From positions 128,603 to 192,602 of the forward strand of contig CAZWKR010000001.1 in NCBI GenBank assembly GCA_964634215.1: a stretch of 64,000 bases of DNA, read 5' to 3'. The notes under the pieces were generated by a model. It did not search any database. It saw only the letters and a program-made list of their open reading frames with translations, and was not told where the DNA came from. The position numbers and the translations under genes were made by a program. The stretch is from an uncultured bacterium (lineage in GTDB: Bacteria; Fidelibacterota; Marinisomatia; Marinisomatales; JAHJCW01). Positions 1 to 9,844 of this stretch are shown here, piece after piece. The number at the start of each line of letters is the position of its first letter. Within the stretch, counting starts at the first letter, position 1.

Positions 1-2432
1 CCAACGCGACCTCTAATTTGATATAATTGAGAAAGGCCAAAGTTCTGTGCATTGTTGATAATAATTGTATTGGCATTTCCCACATCTAGACCGGATTCGA
101 TTATTGTTGTACAAAGTAAAATATCAATATCTCCTGCAAAAAAAGAAAGGACAGTATTTTCCAAACTCTTTGTGTTCATTTTACTATGTGCTACACCTAT
201 TGTATAATTAGGAAAAAGGTCAGTCAGTTTTTTAAAAATAAACGGAATTGATGCAATATCATTATGTAAAAAATATACCTGACCGTTACGCATAAGTTCA
301 TTATTTACAACACTATTGATACTGTTCCAAGTGAAATATTGTACGAATGTTTTAATTGGGCGCCGTGTTTTTGGTGGTGTATTAATCTTGCTTATGTCTC
401 GTATACCAAGTAACGATTGTTGTAAGGTCCTCGGTATAGGAGTTGCAGTAAGCGTTAATACGTCAACAACAGAACGCATTTGGCGTAATTTTTCCTTATG
501 TTTCACTCCAAATCGATGTTCTTCATCAATTATTAACAATCCCAAATCTGGAAAGTGAACATCTTGTGATAGAAGCCTGTGGGTGCCGATTACTAGATCG
601 GTTTTACCGGTTAACATTTTTTCTAATATTTCTTGCTGCTGTTTTTTGGTTTTAAATCGGGATAGCAATTCAACTTGTACGCCTAGTGGGTCTAACCGCC
701 CCTTGGTTGACATAAAATGTTGATCGGCTAGAATTGTAGTGGGTGTTAAGAAAAGAACCTTTTTACCTGAAATAACCGCTTTTAGGGCTGCCCTTAGAGC
801 AACTTCTGTTTTTCCAAAACCGACATCCCCGCAAATAAGCCTGTCAACAGGAAATTCCTTTTCCATGTCGGATAAAACAGCACCAATTGCGTCTTTTTGT
901 CCGGGTGTTTCTTCGTAGGGGAACGAGGCTTCGAGCTCTCGCATGAAACTATTGTTTATATTGTACTTAAATCCACGTCTAATATTGCGAGAACTGTATA
1001 AGTTTACCAAATCTTGGATAACTGTTTTGGCTGAATCTTTTGCTGTTTGTTTCTGTCTTTTCCATTTTGGACTATTTAAGGTAGAGAGGGTCGGGTTTTT
1101 ATCACCGGTGACCATCATTCTGTGTACACGGTTGAATTTGTCTATTGGGACGTAAACATTTGCATTGTCTGCATATTCAATTTTTATACATTCCTGATTT
1201 ACATTGTCTCGTGTAAGAAGTGTATTAAGACCGCGATATAAACCAATTCCAAAATCCTGATGTACGAGATAATCGCCCCAGTCCAGGTCTTCTAATGAGG
1301 AAAATTCTTTTTGAGGTGTCTCAGCAACCGAACCAACAGTCCACCGTGAACGATGTGCCGGTTTTTGACGATTTAATTCAGAGAGCGACAAACAACAAAG
1401 ATTCAAATATTTTGAGAAAAAGCCGGTTTCTAAGACATTGTTTATTGTGGCAATCTTTTCAAGTTTATGTTTATCTATAATGCTTTTATGGTTGATGTTG
1501 TCCGAAAATAGAAAGACATTCTCCCTCTTTGCAGTCTTTAATGCAACACTTAAAGAAAGGGCCTGGTCTGAAATATCACTGTCGGATAAGTTTATGTTTT
1601 TACAATTCAGATTGATTTCATCACCAGAGTTTTTATTAAAATGTAAGCGATACAGCCCCGAATCTTCATAAAGATGAATAACATTAAAAGTGTTTTCAAA
1701 AAAACGCACTAGTGAAACCTGACCGGGTGAAGAAATGTCTTTATTGGGAGGTGGAAGGATCTCTACCTGATCAATGTTTTTTATAGTTCGCTGAGATCTT
1801 GGGTTAAACATGCGAATGGAATCAATTGTATTTCCAAAAAATTCTATTCGGGTTGGATTGGCGGCATAGGGTAAAAATATATCTAATATTCCACCGCGCG
1901 TAGAAAAAGTTTTAGGTGTTTCGGTGTGATCTGTTTGTTCATAACCCCAATCAACCAGGGCAGATAACAGTGCCTGACGATCTGGGGTTTCGCCTACTTT
2001 AAGAATAAATGATATTTCTTCTTCAACTATTTTGTCAATCGCAGGTTCGTGAGCGGCGGCAGAGGATGCAAAAACTAAACATGATTTGTTTTTTCTTAAG
2101 AAGTTGATTGACTCAGCTCTATAGCGTTCATTTTCGAGATTAAACCCCGGAATATCAAGACCGCTTTTTACCGATTCGGGAAAAAAGGTTGTTTTATTAG
2201 GAAGTAAATTATAAGATGTTCTATATAATTTTTCTGATATTATGTTGTTGTCTGCTACAATAAGTGTTGGCAAACATTGGACATTATTGATTGAAAGCAA
2301 TATTAAACTTGCCGCAGATTGTGTGAGCCCTAAAAAAACAGGATTTGTGTCAAAATCATCCTTGTTGATATTTAAATTATTTGTTATACGCGACAATAAG
2401 TCCGGCAAAGATGTTTCACGTGAAACATTCAT
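1..2432 (-). CDS. mfd: Transcription-repair coupling factor Mfd (N-terminal ~810 aa; C-terminus runs off the window)
   Basis: Hand translation of the minus strand gives an uninterrupted frame from ATG at 2432 (MNVSRETSLPDLL...). It contains the helicase motifs GDVGFGKTEVA (Walker A), IIDEEHRFG, TATPIPRT and QLYQIRGRVG at the window edge. It is absent from the ORF track because no stop lies in the window. The ATG overlaps the mnmG stop (ATGA). Confidence 0.9.
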   Translation of the reverse strand, partial: MNVSRETSLPDLLSRITNNLNINKDDFDTNPVFLGLTQSAASLILLSINNVQCLPTLIVADNNIISEKLYRTSYNLLPNKTTFFPESVKSGLDIPGFNLENERYRAESINFLRKNKSCLVFASSAAAHEPAIDKIVEEEISFILKVGETPDRQALLSALVDWGYEQTDHTETPKTFSTRGGILDIFLPYAANPTRIEFFGNTIDSIRMFNPRSQRTIKNIDQVEILPPPNKDISSPGQVSLVRFFENTFNVIHLYEDSGLYRLHFNKNSGDEINLNCKNINLSDSDISDQALSLSVALKTAKRENVFLFSDNINHKSIIDKHKLEKIATINNVLETGFFSKYLNLCCLSLSELNRQKPAHRSRWTVGSVAETPQKEFSSLEDLDWGDYLVHQDFGIGLYRGLNTLLTRDNVNQECIKIEYADNANVYVPIDKFNRVHRMMVTGDKNPTLSTLNSPKWKRQKQTAKDSAKTVIQDLVNLYSSRNIRRGFKYNINNSFMRELEASFPYEETPGQKDAIGAVLSDMEKEFPVDRLICGDVGFGKTEVALRAALKAVISGKKVLFLTPTTILADQHFMSTKGRLDPLGVQVELLSRFKTKKQQQEILEKMLTGKTDLVIGTHRLLSQDVHFPDLGLLIIDEEHRFGVKHKEKLRQMRSVVDVLTLTATPIPRTLQQSLLGIRDISKINTPPKTRRPIKTFVQYFTWNSINSVVNNELMRNGQVYFLHNDIASIPFIFKKLTDLFPNYTIGVAHSKMNTKSLENTVLSFFAGDIDILLCTTIIESGLDVGNANTIIINNAQNFGLSQLYQIRGRV

Positions 2433-4312
2433 TTTGATTTATAGAGAAGGACGGACAACACACCAACATCAGCGGGGGTAACACCCGAAACCCGCATTGC
2501 CTGACCTAGCGTCTCAGGCTTGACAAAGTTGAGTTTTTCACGCGCTTCGTTTGACAGGCTGTTAATTGAAAGATAATCAAAATCAACGGGAATAGTAAGT
2601 TTTTCCTGTGATCGTAATCGTTCAATTTGTTCATTTTGACGAACGATATATCCTGCATATTTAATTATTGTTTCAGCCTCCGAAATTATTTCATCGGTAA
2701 TATGTTTGTCGAAATTATATGGAAGGTTGATTGCCCTAAAACGTTCTGGTAAATATAAAAGTTTGATTCCGGGTCTTTTGAGGATTTGCCTTGCGGGTTG
2801 AGAGTGTTTAATAACGGCTCCGTCAAGTGCTGACAGCTTATTGTTTATTTCATCCGGCGTGATACTTTTGTCCAGGCTTTCTACGAGCCGTTCGGTTGCT
2901 TGTATCTTGTTAAAAAGAAAATCATAAAAGCTATCATTTATCAAACCATTGTGTTTCGCTATCTCTGCAAGGCGTTGATCGGCATTGGAGTATCGCAAAA
3001 GCAAACGGTGTTCAGCTCTTGATGTGAACATGCGGTATGGCTCCATCGTATCTTTGGTTATAAGATCGTCTATTAAAACGCCAATATAAGCTTCGTCGCG
3101 GCGCAGGGTAAGTGGCTCTTGGTTTAAGGCAAGTTTTGCAGCATTAATACCTGCGATAAGCCCCTGTCCGGAGGCTTCTTCATATCCCGATGTTCCGTTT
3201 ATCTGGCCAGCAAAGTATAATCCATTTATAAATTTTGATTCAAGCGTGGCTTTCAACTGAGCGGGTGGAAAAAAATCATATTCTATTGCATAACCCGGTC
3301 GTAAAAACTCTGTGCTCTCTAGTCCAGGAACTTGGCGTAGAGCTTTTTTTTGGACGTCTTCGGGTAAGCTAGAAGAAAATCCGTTCACATAGATTTGATC
3401 TGAATCGCGCCACTCAGGCTCTAAAAACAGCGTATGTGAAGTATGGTGTGAAAAACGATGAATTTTATCCTCTATTGAAGGACAGTAGCGCGGGCCTTCG
3501 CCAAAGATATCACCTGAAAACAGTGGTGATCTTTCGATATCTTTAAAAATAATATCGTGACATGGGGTGTTAGTTTTTGTTGTGTGGCACGGAATGTTGG
3601 GCGGATTAAAGTTCTTTGTTTTATACGAAAACGGTACGGGGTTTTCGTCTCCTTCCACGATGTCTAATTTGTCCCAATTAATAGAGTTTTTAAATAATCG
3701 TGGCGGCGTCCCCGTTTTAAGACGTTCCGCTTTAAAACCCCGACTGATTAGAGATTCTGTAATTCCGATAGAATTTGATTCTCCCATACGTCCGGCGTGA
3801 ATTTTTCTGTTGCCAATATGAATTAGACCATTAAGAAAAGTGCCACACGTTAAAACCACAGAATTGCACGCAAGGCGATCGCCGCTGCGCATAATTACAC
3901 CCCCGATTGAATTGTTAACATCAACAATGTCTACAACCTCACCTTCGATAACAACAAGTTTTTCAGAATTTTCAATTAAATTAAAAATATAACGTTCGTA
4001 TACGCGTTTATCTGTTTGGGCGCGTGGTGACCATACGGAGCGGCCCTTTGAGCGATTTAACAACTTAAATTGCAAGCCAGCAGAATCAGCCGCAAGACCT
4101 ACGATACCGCCAAGAACATCTATTTCACGCACAATTTGCCCTTTTGCCAAGCCTCCGATTGCTGGATTGCATGACATGCGCGCAATGGCACGTATGTCTT
4201 GAGTTATAAGTGCGGTATTAACACCGAGGCGAGCACTTGCAAGAGCAGCCTCCGCTCCAGCGTGTCCCCCGCCAACGACAATTACATCAAATTTAGTGGA
4301 CTTACGTTTCAC
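2429..4312 (-). CDS. mnmG: tRNA uridine 5-carboxymethylaminomethyl modification enzyme MnmG (GidA)
   Basis: 627 aa. N-terminal FAD fold FDVIVVGGGHAGAEAA and conserved GidA blocks (MSCNPAIGG, GPRYCPSIEDK). Sits next to mnmE near dnaA. Confidence 0.95.
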   Translation of the reverse strand: MKRKSTKFDVIVVGGGHAGAEAALASARLGVNTALITQDIRAIARMSCNPAIGGLAKGQIVREIDVLGGIVGLAADSAGLQFKLLNRSKGRSVWSPRAQTDKRVYERYIFNLIENSEKLVVIEGEVVDIVDVNNSIGGVIMRSGDRLACNSVVLTCGTFLNGLIHIGNRKIHAGRMGESNSIGITESLISRGFKAERLKTGTPPRLFKNSINWDKLDIVEGDENPVPFSYKTKNFNPPNIPCHTTKTNTPCHDIIFKDIERSPLFSGDIFGEGPRYCPSIEDKIHRFSHHTSHTLFLEPEWRDSDQIYVNGFSSSLPEDVQKKALRQVPGLESTEFLRPGYAIEYDFFPPAQLKATLESKFINGLYFAGQINGTSGYEEASGQGLIAGINAAKLALNQEPLTLRRDEAYIGVLIDDLITKDTMEPYRMFTSRAEHRLLLRYSNADQRLAEIAKHNGLINDSFYDFLFNKIQATERLVESLDKSITPDEINNKLSALDGAVIKHSQPARQILKRPGIKLLYLPERFRAINLPYNFDKHITDEIISEAETIIKYAGYIVRQNEQIERLRSQEKLTIPVDFDYLSINSLSNEAREKLNFVKPETLGQAMRVSGVTPADVGVLSVLLYKSK

Positions 4313-4319
4313 GTGAAAC

Positions 4320-5675
4320 TTATTTACCTATGCAAAATTGGTTAAAAATATTATTTAAAATATCGTCTGGTGTTGTTTTTCCCAAGATTGTGTCGAGAGC
4401 GCTCAGCGCTTCCCGCAGCTCAATTGATATGAGTTCGTAGGCACACCTTGGATTGTTTAAAAGTTCAATGGTTGTATTTAGTTTGTCAAAACAATGTTTT
4501 AATGCGCGTTGCTGCCTGCTAGTCGTTATAGTAATATTGTCCGATAGTGCAACGCTAATCCCAAGAGATGTTTTTATTTGTTGTTTTAATTGCGGGACAT
4601 TAAAACCAGTCTTGGCTGATAAAAGTATCTGTCCAGAGTGAGAGCGCTTAGTGGCTTCTAATTCTGTTTTTGTGAATAAGTCCACCTTGTTAATAAGTTC
4701 TATTATGGGGATGTTCTTTGGATATTTATGATAGGGTGTTTCGATTTGTCCCGAATCATGGACAAGGATAACGAGGTCAGCTTTTTTTAAATAATCGAAT
4801 GTTCTGCTTACACCTTCCATCTCAACTTCTTCCCGGGTCTGGCGAATTCCAGCCGTGTCAACCAAATTTATCGGCACGCCGCCTAAAATCAGCGGAACAT
4901 TTATAGCGTCGCGCGTTGTTCCTGGCAAATGACTTGTGATCGCCCTATTGGTTTCAGACAATATATTTAACAGGGTGGACTTACCAACGTTCGGTGGTCC
5001 CGCAATAACAACAAGGGCTCCACGATTAAGCATGCGAGTCTGCTTGTATGAACCAAGAAGTTCTTGGATTTGTTTGATTTGTTCGTTAACAACAGCTTGC
5101 ATTTGATTGTTTAAGTCCGGCATAAGCTCATCTTCAGAAATATCAAGTTCAAATTCAACCATTGAAATCGCATCTATTAATTTTTGCCGAAATATATTTA
5201 GCTTGTCTGACAACTCACCATGCAATAAACGTAAATTTAAATGACTGCTTTCAACTGATTGTGAATGGATTAAAGAGGCAACTGCCTCGGCCTGTACAAG
5301 ATCCATTTTTCCATTAATAAAAGCACGTTTTGTAAACTCACCAGGTTCAGCAATCCGTGCACCAAAATAACAACAGGCAGATATTGTTTTATCCACAACA
5401 ACAGGACTGCCGTGGCACGATATTTCAATTAAGTCCTCGCCAGTATAAGAGTTAGGTGCCTTGAAAAACGTTGCGATCGACTCATCTATTGCAATACCGC
5501 TCTCATCTTGAAGATTAATCAGAGTTGCATGCCGCACTTTAAGTTTTGATTGCAAATCATTGTTATTAATGAGCTTGTGGAAAACTAAGGTTGCTTGCGG
5601 GCCGCTTAGGCGAACAACCGCAATTCCGCCAATACCATAAGGTGTCGCCGGAGCAACGATTGTGTCAGAGGTCAT
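4320..5675 (-). CDS. mnmE: tRNA modification GTPase MnmE (TrmE)
   Basis: 451 aa. G-domain GPPNVGKSTLLN and DTAG, with the characteristic C-terminal CIGK. Confidence 0.95.
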   Translation of the reverse strand: MTSDTIVAPATPYGIGGIAVVRLSGPQATLVFHKLINNNDLQSKLKVRHATLINLQDESGIAIDESIATFFKAPNSYTGEDLIEISCHGSPVVVDKTISACCYFGARIAEPGEFTKRAFINGKMDLVQAEAVASLIHSQSVESSHLNLRLLHGELSDKLNIFRQKLIDAISMVEFELDISEDELMPDLNNQMQAVVNEQIKQIQELLGSYKQTRMLNRGALVVIAGPPNVGKSTLLNILSETNRAITSHLPGTTRDAINVPLILGGVPINLVDTAGIRQTREEVEMEGVSRTFDYLKKADLVILVHDSGQIETPYHKYPKNIPIIELINKVDLFTKTELEATKRSHSGQILLSAKTGFNVPQLKQQIKTSLGISVALSDNITITTSRQQRALKHCFDKLNTTIELLNNPRCAYELISIELREALSALDTILGKTTPDDILNNIFNQFCIGK

Positions 5676-7351
5676 TTTTTCGCGGTTTTTACCGGCTGAA
5701 TAGCTGGTTGCTGATGTGGTGTTAGGTATTTTTGTTGAAGAATGGTAAGAACATTAAACAATGTATAATACAGATTTAAACCAGATGGGAATTTATAAAA
5801 AATGAAAATGAAGAAGATATTCATAAAATACATCATTTGTTTTTGTTGTCCAGCCTGTCCCGTTGTTGGGGTCATGCGCTGTTGTAGCAACATAGAAATG
5901 CCCATTAAGAGCGGTAGAATGTTTATCGGAAACCCGCCGATTTCGAACAGAGTGTCAGGAGCAGAAAGGTCAGTTATCCATAACATGAATGGCTCGCCGC
6001 GCAATTCAATTGTAGAGCGGAATACCTGAAATAGTGCAAACAATAACGGCATTTGAATTAACATTGGCAGACAGCCGCCCATAGGATTAACGCCCTCTTC
6101 TTTATAAAGTGCCATAGTTGCCTTGTTTAGCTTTTGGGGGTCTTTGGCGTATTTTTCTTTTAAAGCTTTAAGTTTTGGCTGAACGGTGCTCATTTGCCGC
6201 ATAGATTGATAACTTTTTTTCGTTAGCGGATACACAATTATTTTAACAAGAATTGAAAATATTATTAATACAACACCATAGTTTGGTATAAATTTGTGCA
6301 TTGCAACAAGAGCAGCTAAAACTCCCCTGCTTATGGGGCGAATCAAAGAAAAGCCCATCGACATAGTTTGTTCCAGGTTAACGCCAAGAGATGACACGTT
6401 TTTATACTCCAAAGGCCCTAGGTATAAAGTGAAAGAATTACTAGAATTTATTTGTTGACTTATTGATATGTCGAATTGAGGGGCTTCAGATTCGTATGTA
6501 CCACGAAGAGAGGCACCTACAGCATTATCAACGGGTATAATCGCTGTTAAAAAGTACTTATTTCGTGTTCCAACCCAATTTGTTTGTCCACGGTACTTTT
6601 CATCAAGCGTTTTTTGTTTGCGTAATTTTTCAGAACTGAGCTCATCTCCTTGATAAACATATGTTTTGTAGTAAAACAATTCATCTTTCAAGTTTTTTTC
6701 AGTAGCGGGTAAGCCGCCATTCCATGATAACGAATAAAGTCCCTGGGAAAGATGTTCTTTTATCTCAGACAAGTCAAAAGAAACATCAATGTTATATGAA
6801 TTCGGGGTAAAAGAAAGAGTTTTTGAAAGGGTTTTTCCTAATACATTGGTGGTGAATGTTAAAGATTCGGATCTATCAGTAACATTAAAGATTTTCTTTG
6901 AACTACTTAGAGCCCAGGGCTCGCTTAAAATTAAAGGAAGGCCATCAACAGAAATTGCCTCAAACAATAAATTGTTTTTATTATAGTTATCCACAAGTTG
7001 TACAGATGTTGAGTCAGTGGCTTTATAGTTTTTTAGAATAAAGGAAGTAAAGGATCCCCCGTTTTTGTTACTTATGGTTGCTGTGTAAAGCGATGATTCA
7101 ACGGTTACCATTTCCTCCGCAACGTATTGCTGTACGTTTTCAAAGGAAGGGGTGCTGGCTATATTTCTTGTAGGCGGTGTGGCAATATTTAGCTTTGTTG
7201 AACTGGGTTCAGTTTGTCGAGCAATTACTGTTGCTGTAGAATCGTTTGGCGATTCTGATTGAACTTGTGGAGCCACAATTTTCATATAATATGGCATTAA
7301 TATCAGAACTACAGCAATAAGAAAAAAAGCGAGAAGTGTTTTTTTGTCCAT
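5672..7351 (-). CDS. yidC: Membrane protein insertase YidC
   Basis: 559 aa. N-terminal TM segment, large periplasmic domain, and a C-terminal 5-TM insertase core (GCLPMLIQMP). Canonical position between yidD and mnmE, with a 4-bp overlap onto mnmE. Confidence 0.93.
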   Translation of the reverse strand: MDKKTLLAFFLIAVVLILMPYYMKIVAPQVQSESPNDSTATVIARQTEPSSTKLNIATPPTRNIASTPSFENVQQYVAEEMVTVESSLYTATISNKNGGSFTSFILKNYKATDSTSVQLVDNYNKNNLLFEAISVDGLPLILSEPWALSSSKKIFNVTDRSESLTFTTNVLGKTLSKTLSFTPNSYNIDVSFDLSEIKEHLSQGLYSLSWNGGLPATEKNLKDELFYYKTYVYQGDELSSEKLRKQKTLDEKYRGQTNWVGTRNKYFLTAIIPVDNAVGASLRGTYESEAPQFDISISQQINSSNSFTLYLGPLEYKNVSSLGVNLEQTMSMGFSLIRPISRGVLAALVAMHKFIPNYGVVLIIFSILVKIIVYPLTKKSYQSMRQMSTVQPKLKALKEKYAKDPQKLNKATMALYKEEGVNPMGGCLPMLIQMPLLFALFQVFRSTIELRGEPFMLWITDLSAPDTLFEIGGFPINILPLLMGISMLLQQRMTPTTGQAGQQKQMMYFMNIFFIFIFYKFPSGLNLYYTLFNVLTILQQKYLTPHQQPAIQPVKTAKK

Positions 7352-7357
7352 TATTTT

Positions 7358-7600
7358 TTATTTTACGGGATCATATCCGCCACCATGAAAAGGATGGCAT
7401 TTTGACACCCTTATAATTATAAGCGGCAGGGCTTTAAAAAGGTTTTTTTTATTTAATGCGTCGAGCGCATACTGAGAACAGGTTGGGTGAAACCGACAAT
7501 TGTTCCCAAGAAGCGGTGAAAGAAAAAAGCGATATAGTTTAATAATCGCTTTTAATATATTTCTAAATGTAAAATCAATTATATTAATGACGGGACGCAT
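7358..7600 (-). CDS. yidD: Membrane protein insertion efficiency factor YidD
   Basis: 80 aa with the YidD signature CRFHPTCSQYA ... CHPFHGGGYDPV. Confidence 0.9.
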   Translation of the reverse strand: MRPVINIIDFTFRNILKAIIKLYRFFLSPLLGNNCRFHPTCSQYALDALNKKNLFKALPLIIIRVSKCHPFHGGGYDPVK

Positions 7601-7609
7601 TCAATTGAC

Positions 7610-7744
7610 TTAAGCAGATAGTTTTTTTCTGCCCTTTTTGCGTCGGCGACTAATAACATTGCGTCCGCCCACACTAGCCATGCGAGATCGGAAACCATGT
7701 TTGTTTTTTCTTTTACGTTTACTTGGTTGATAGGTTCTCTTCAT
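7610..7744 (-). CDS. rpmH: 50S ribosomal protein L34
   Basis: [22 protein letters not shown]... is a canonical 44-aa L34. The 17-aa N-terminal extension in the ORF track is rejected in favour of the internal ATG at 7744. Confidence 0.93.
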   Translation of the reverse strand: MKRTYQPSKRKRKNKHGFRSRMASVGGRNVISRRRKKGRKKLSA

Positions 7745-7919
7745 TTCATCTCCAAATTTAGACCCGGAAAATACGTTTATTGAACAAAAAATCAAAAAGA
7801 AATAGAAAAACTAATTAAATCAACATTATTCGAGGAAAACAACAGGAAGTTTTTATTAAAAACCAAAAAGGGTTTTGTATTATATGTATAACGCTTGGTA
7901 ATTTTTATTGACACACTGC

Positions 7920-7939
7920 TGTGGATAACCTGTGGATAA
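7920..7939. promoter_or_regulatory. Two tandem perfect DnaA boxes (TGTGGATAA x2, 11 bp start-to-start)
   Basis: tgtggataa at 7920-7928 and again at 7931-7939 is the reverse complement of the consensus TTATCCACA. They lie at or overlap the 5' end of dnaA, downstream of an AT-rich rpmH-dnaA spacer. Confidence 0.75.
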
Positions 7940-9299
7940 TATTAAAACAAATCACATAAATGTTTGGATGGAAGTAAAAGAAAGCCTCTCGCGGGACTTA
8001 CCTTCTCATGCCTATAGTACGTGGTTTGAACCAATTTTACCGATCGCATTAAATGACAATGAGTTGGTTTTAGAAGTTCCGAATCAATTCTTTTTTGAGT
8101 GGATTGAAAGCCATTATCATGACACAATTGATTCAGCGGTGAAAGAAAAATTTCAGGACGGTTTTTCTGTTAAATATACAATTGCACCTACTGGTGCAAG
8201 CGGCCCACAAAGTAATTTAGAAAATAGAGAAAGTGACCAGACACCGAAAAAGAAGAGATTTAAACTACCTGTTTTAAACGAGCACTATACATTTTCAACA
8301 TATATTGAGGGGGCAAATAATCAATTTGCCAAGGCAGCTGCACTGTCTGTTGCAGAAGCGCCCGGAGAAAAAACATTTAACCCCTTAATTGTTTACGGCG
8401 GTGTTGGTCTCGGAAAAACGCATTTATTACATGCGATTGGTAATAAGTTGCTAACAAGGGATGAAAAATTTAATATAATTTGTGCCTCCAGTGAAAAGTT
8501 TATGTTAGACTTTATTTCAGGAATTCAAAAATCGAAAACTATTGAATTCTCTCGTTTCTATCGACAAGCCGATGTGTTATTGATAGACGATATTCAGTTT
8601 TTTCAAGGAAAAGAACAAACACAAGAACAATTTTTCCATACCTTTAACGAATTATATCAATCCGGAAAACAAATAGTACTTACTGCAGATCGATATCCTG
8701 GCGATATGAAAGGTTTAGACGACCGGTTATTGTCACGTTTTAATTCTGGCCTTGCTGTTGATATTCAACCGCCTGATTTTGAAACAAGAGTGGCAATATT
8801 GTTAGAGAAGGCAGAACAGAACGGATTAAATCTCCCTTACGCACTAACGGAGTTTATGGCGACACATATAAAAAACAATATTCGCGAATTAGAAAGTACT
8901 ATTATCCGAATTTTGGCGTATTCGTCCCTATCAAATAAAGAAATTGATGAGAAGTTGGTAAAAAAAGTTGTGAAAGAACGGCTGGGAAAACGATTTTTAG
9001 CTGAAATCACACTTGAAGATGTAGTACGTAGAGTCTCGGAGGTAACATCAATTACAGAAAAAGACATTGTTGGACAAAGTAGAAAAAAAGAATTGGTCGA
9101 AGCAAGACAGATTACAGCCTATCTCAGCAGAGAAATATTGGGAGCATCACTTTCTAGCATAGGTATATACTTAGGAGGTAGGGATCATACAACAATTTTG
9201 CATGCTTGTAAAAATATTGAAGAAAAATTAAAATCTGAAAAAAGAATGAAACATCAGGTGGAATCCATAAAAAGTGAGCTTTCGGCTGCAACGTTGTAA
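7932..9299 (+). CDS. dnaA: Chromosomal replication initiator protein DnaA
   Basis: AAA+ motifs GGVGLGKTHLLHAIG and LLIDDIQF, plus a C-terminal DNA-binding domain (ARQITAYLSRE...GGRDHTTILHA). The track start is a GTG at 7932 inside DnaA box 2. The in-frame ATG at 7968 (MEVKESL...) is an equally plausible true start. Confidence 0.93.
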   Translation: MDNIKTNHINVWMEVKESLSRDLPSHAYSTWFEPILPIALNDNELVLEVPNQFFFEWIESHYHDTIDSAVKEKFQDGFSVKYTIAPTGASGPQSNLENRESDQTPKKKRFKLPVLNEHYTFSTYIEGANNQFAKAAALSVAEAPGEKTFNPLIVYGGVGLGKTHLLHAIGNKLLTRDEKFNIICASSEKFMLDFISGIQKSKTIEFSRFYRQADVLLIDDIQFFQGKEQTQEQFFHTFNELYQSGKQIVLTADRYPGDMKGLDDRLLSRFNSGLAVDIQPPDFETRVAILLEKAEQNGLNLPYALTEFMATHIKNNIRELESTIIRILAYSSLSNKEIDEKLVKKVVKERLGKRFLAEITLEDVVRRVSEVTSITEKDIVGQSRKKELVEARQITAYLSREILGASLSSIGIYLGGRDHTTILHACKNIEEKLKSEKRMKHQVESIKSELSAATL

Positions 9300-9377
9300 T
9301 ATTAAATTTTGTAAGGATAACAGTACTAAAAAGAGTTAAATTTTATAGAATGGAAATTTTATTAATAGGAGAGAAAT

Positions 9378-9779
9378 ATGCAAAAAGGTAGTTTAAATAA
9401 GGTACAGTTAATCGGACACCTGGGAGCAGATCCGGAAAGTCGATTTACAACATCGGGTAGCGCAGTTACAAACTTTAATTTAGCCACAAACGAATCTTGG
9501 AGATCGGCAGAAGGTGAAACAAAGGAAAAAACAGAATGGCATCGTGTTGTACTGTTTGGAAAAATGGCAGAAACAGCTGCAGAATATATGAAAAAAGGTC
9601 AATTAATATATATTGAGGGACGATTGCAGACAAGATCTTGGGAGGATAAAGATAACGTCAAAAGATATACCACCGAAATTTTATGTGATAATTTTACGAT
9701 GTTAGGTCGTAAGAGTGAGGATGCAAGCACCAGTTCGCCTGCAAAGACATCTGAGCAAGACGACGACCTTCCTTTTTAA
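9378..9779 (+). CDS. ssb: Single-stranded DNA-binding protein
   Basis: 133 aa. OB-fold N-terminus ([15 protein letters not shown]..., TEWHRVV.FGK) and an acidic C-terminal tip DDDLPF. SD aggag lies upstream. Confidence 0.93.
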   Translation: MQKGSLNKVQLIGHLGADPESRFTTSGSAVTNFNLATNESWRSAEGETKEKTEWHRVVLFGKMAETAAEYMKKGQLIYIEGRLQTRSWEDKDNVKRYTTEILCDNFTMLGRKSEDASTSSPAKTSEQDDDLPF

Positions 9780-9794
9780 ATTATAATTTAATGA

Positions 9795-9826
9795 AAAGAG
9801 GGGCTATAAAAGCCCCTCTTTTTTTA
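9795..9826 (+). terminator. Rho-independent terminator after ssb
   Basis: aaagaggggc / tataaaa / gcccctcttt stem-loop followed by a T-run. Confidence 0.8.
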
Positions 9827-9844
9827 TCAAAACCGAAACAATCA

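Noticed and set aside
316-2481. Five plus-strand ORFs of 61-80 aa in the track (316-558, 943-1155, 1295-1480, 1438-1671, 2242-2481)
   Set aside because: All lie antisense to, or out of frame with, a continuous Mfd reading frame on the minus strand that has unmistakable helicase motifs. Their sequences are low-complexity and Cys/Phe/Leu-rich, typical of shadow ORFs.
9791-9844. Upstream start of the acyltransferase ORF, and the 89-aa antisense ORF 9781-10050
   Set aside because: The first 18 codons are the ssb terminator stem-loop itself, so the ATG at 9845 is preferred. The antisense ORF has no support.
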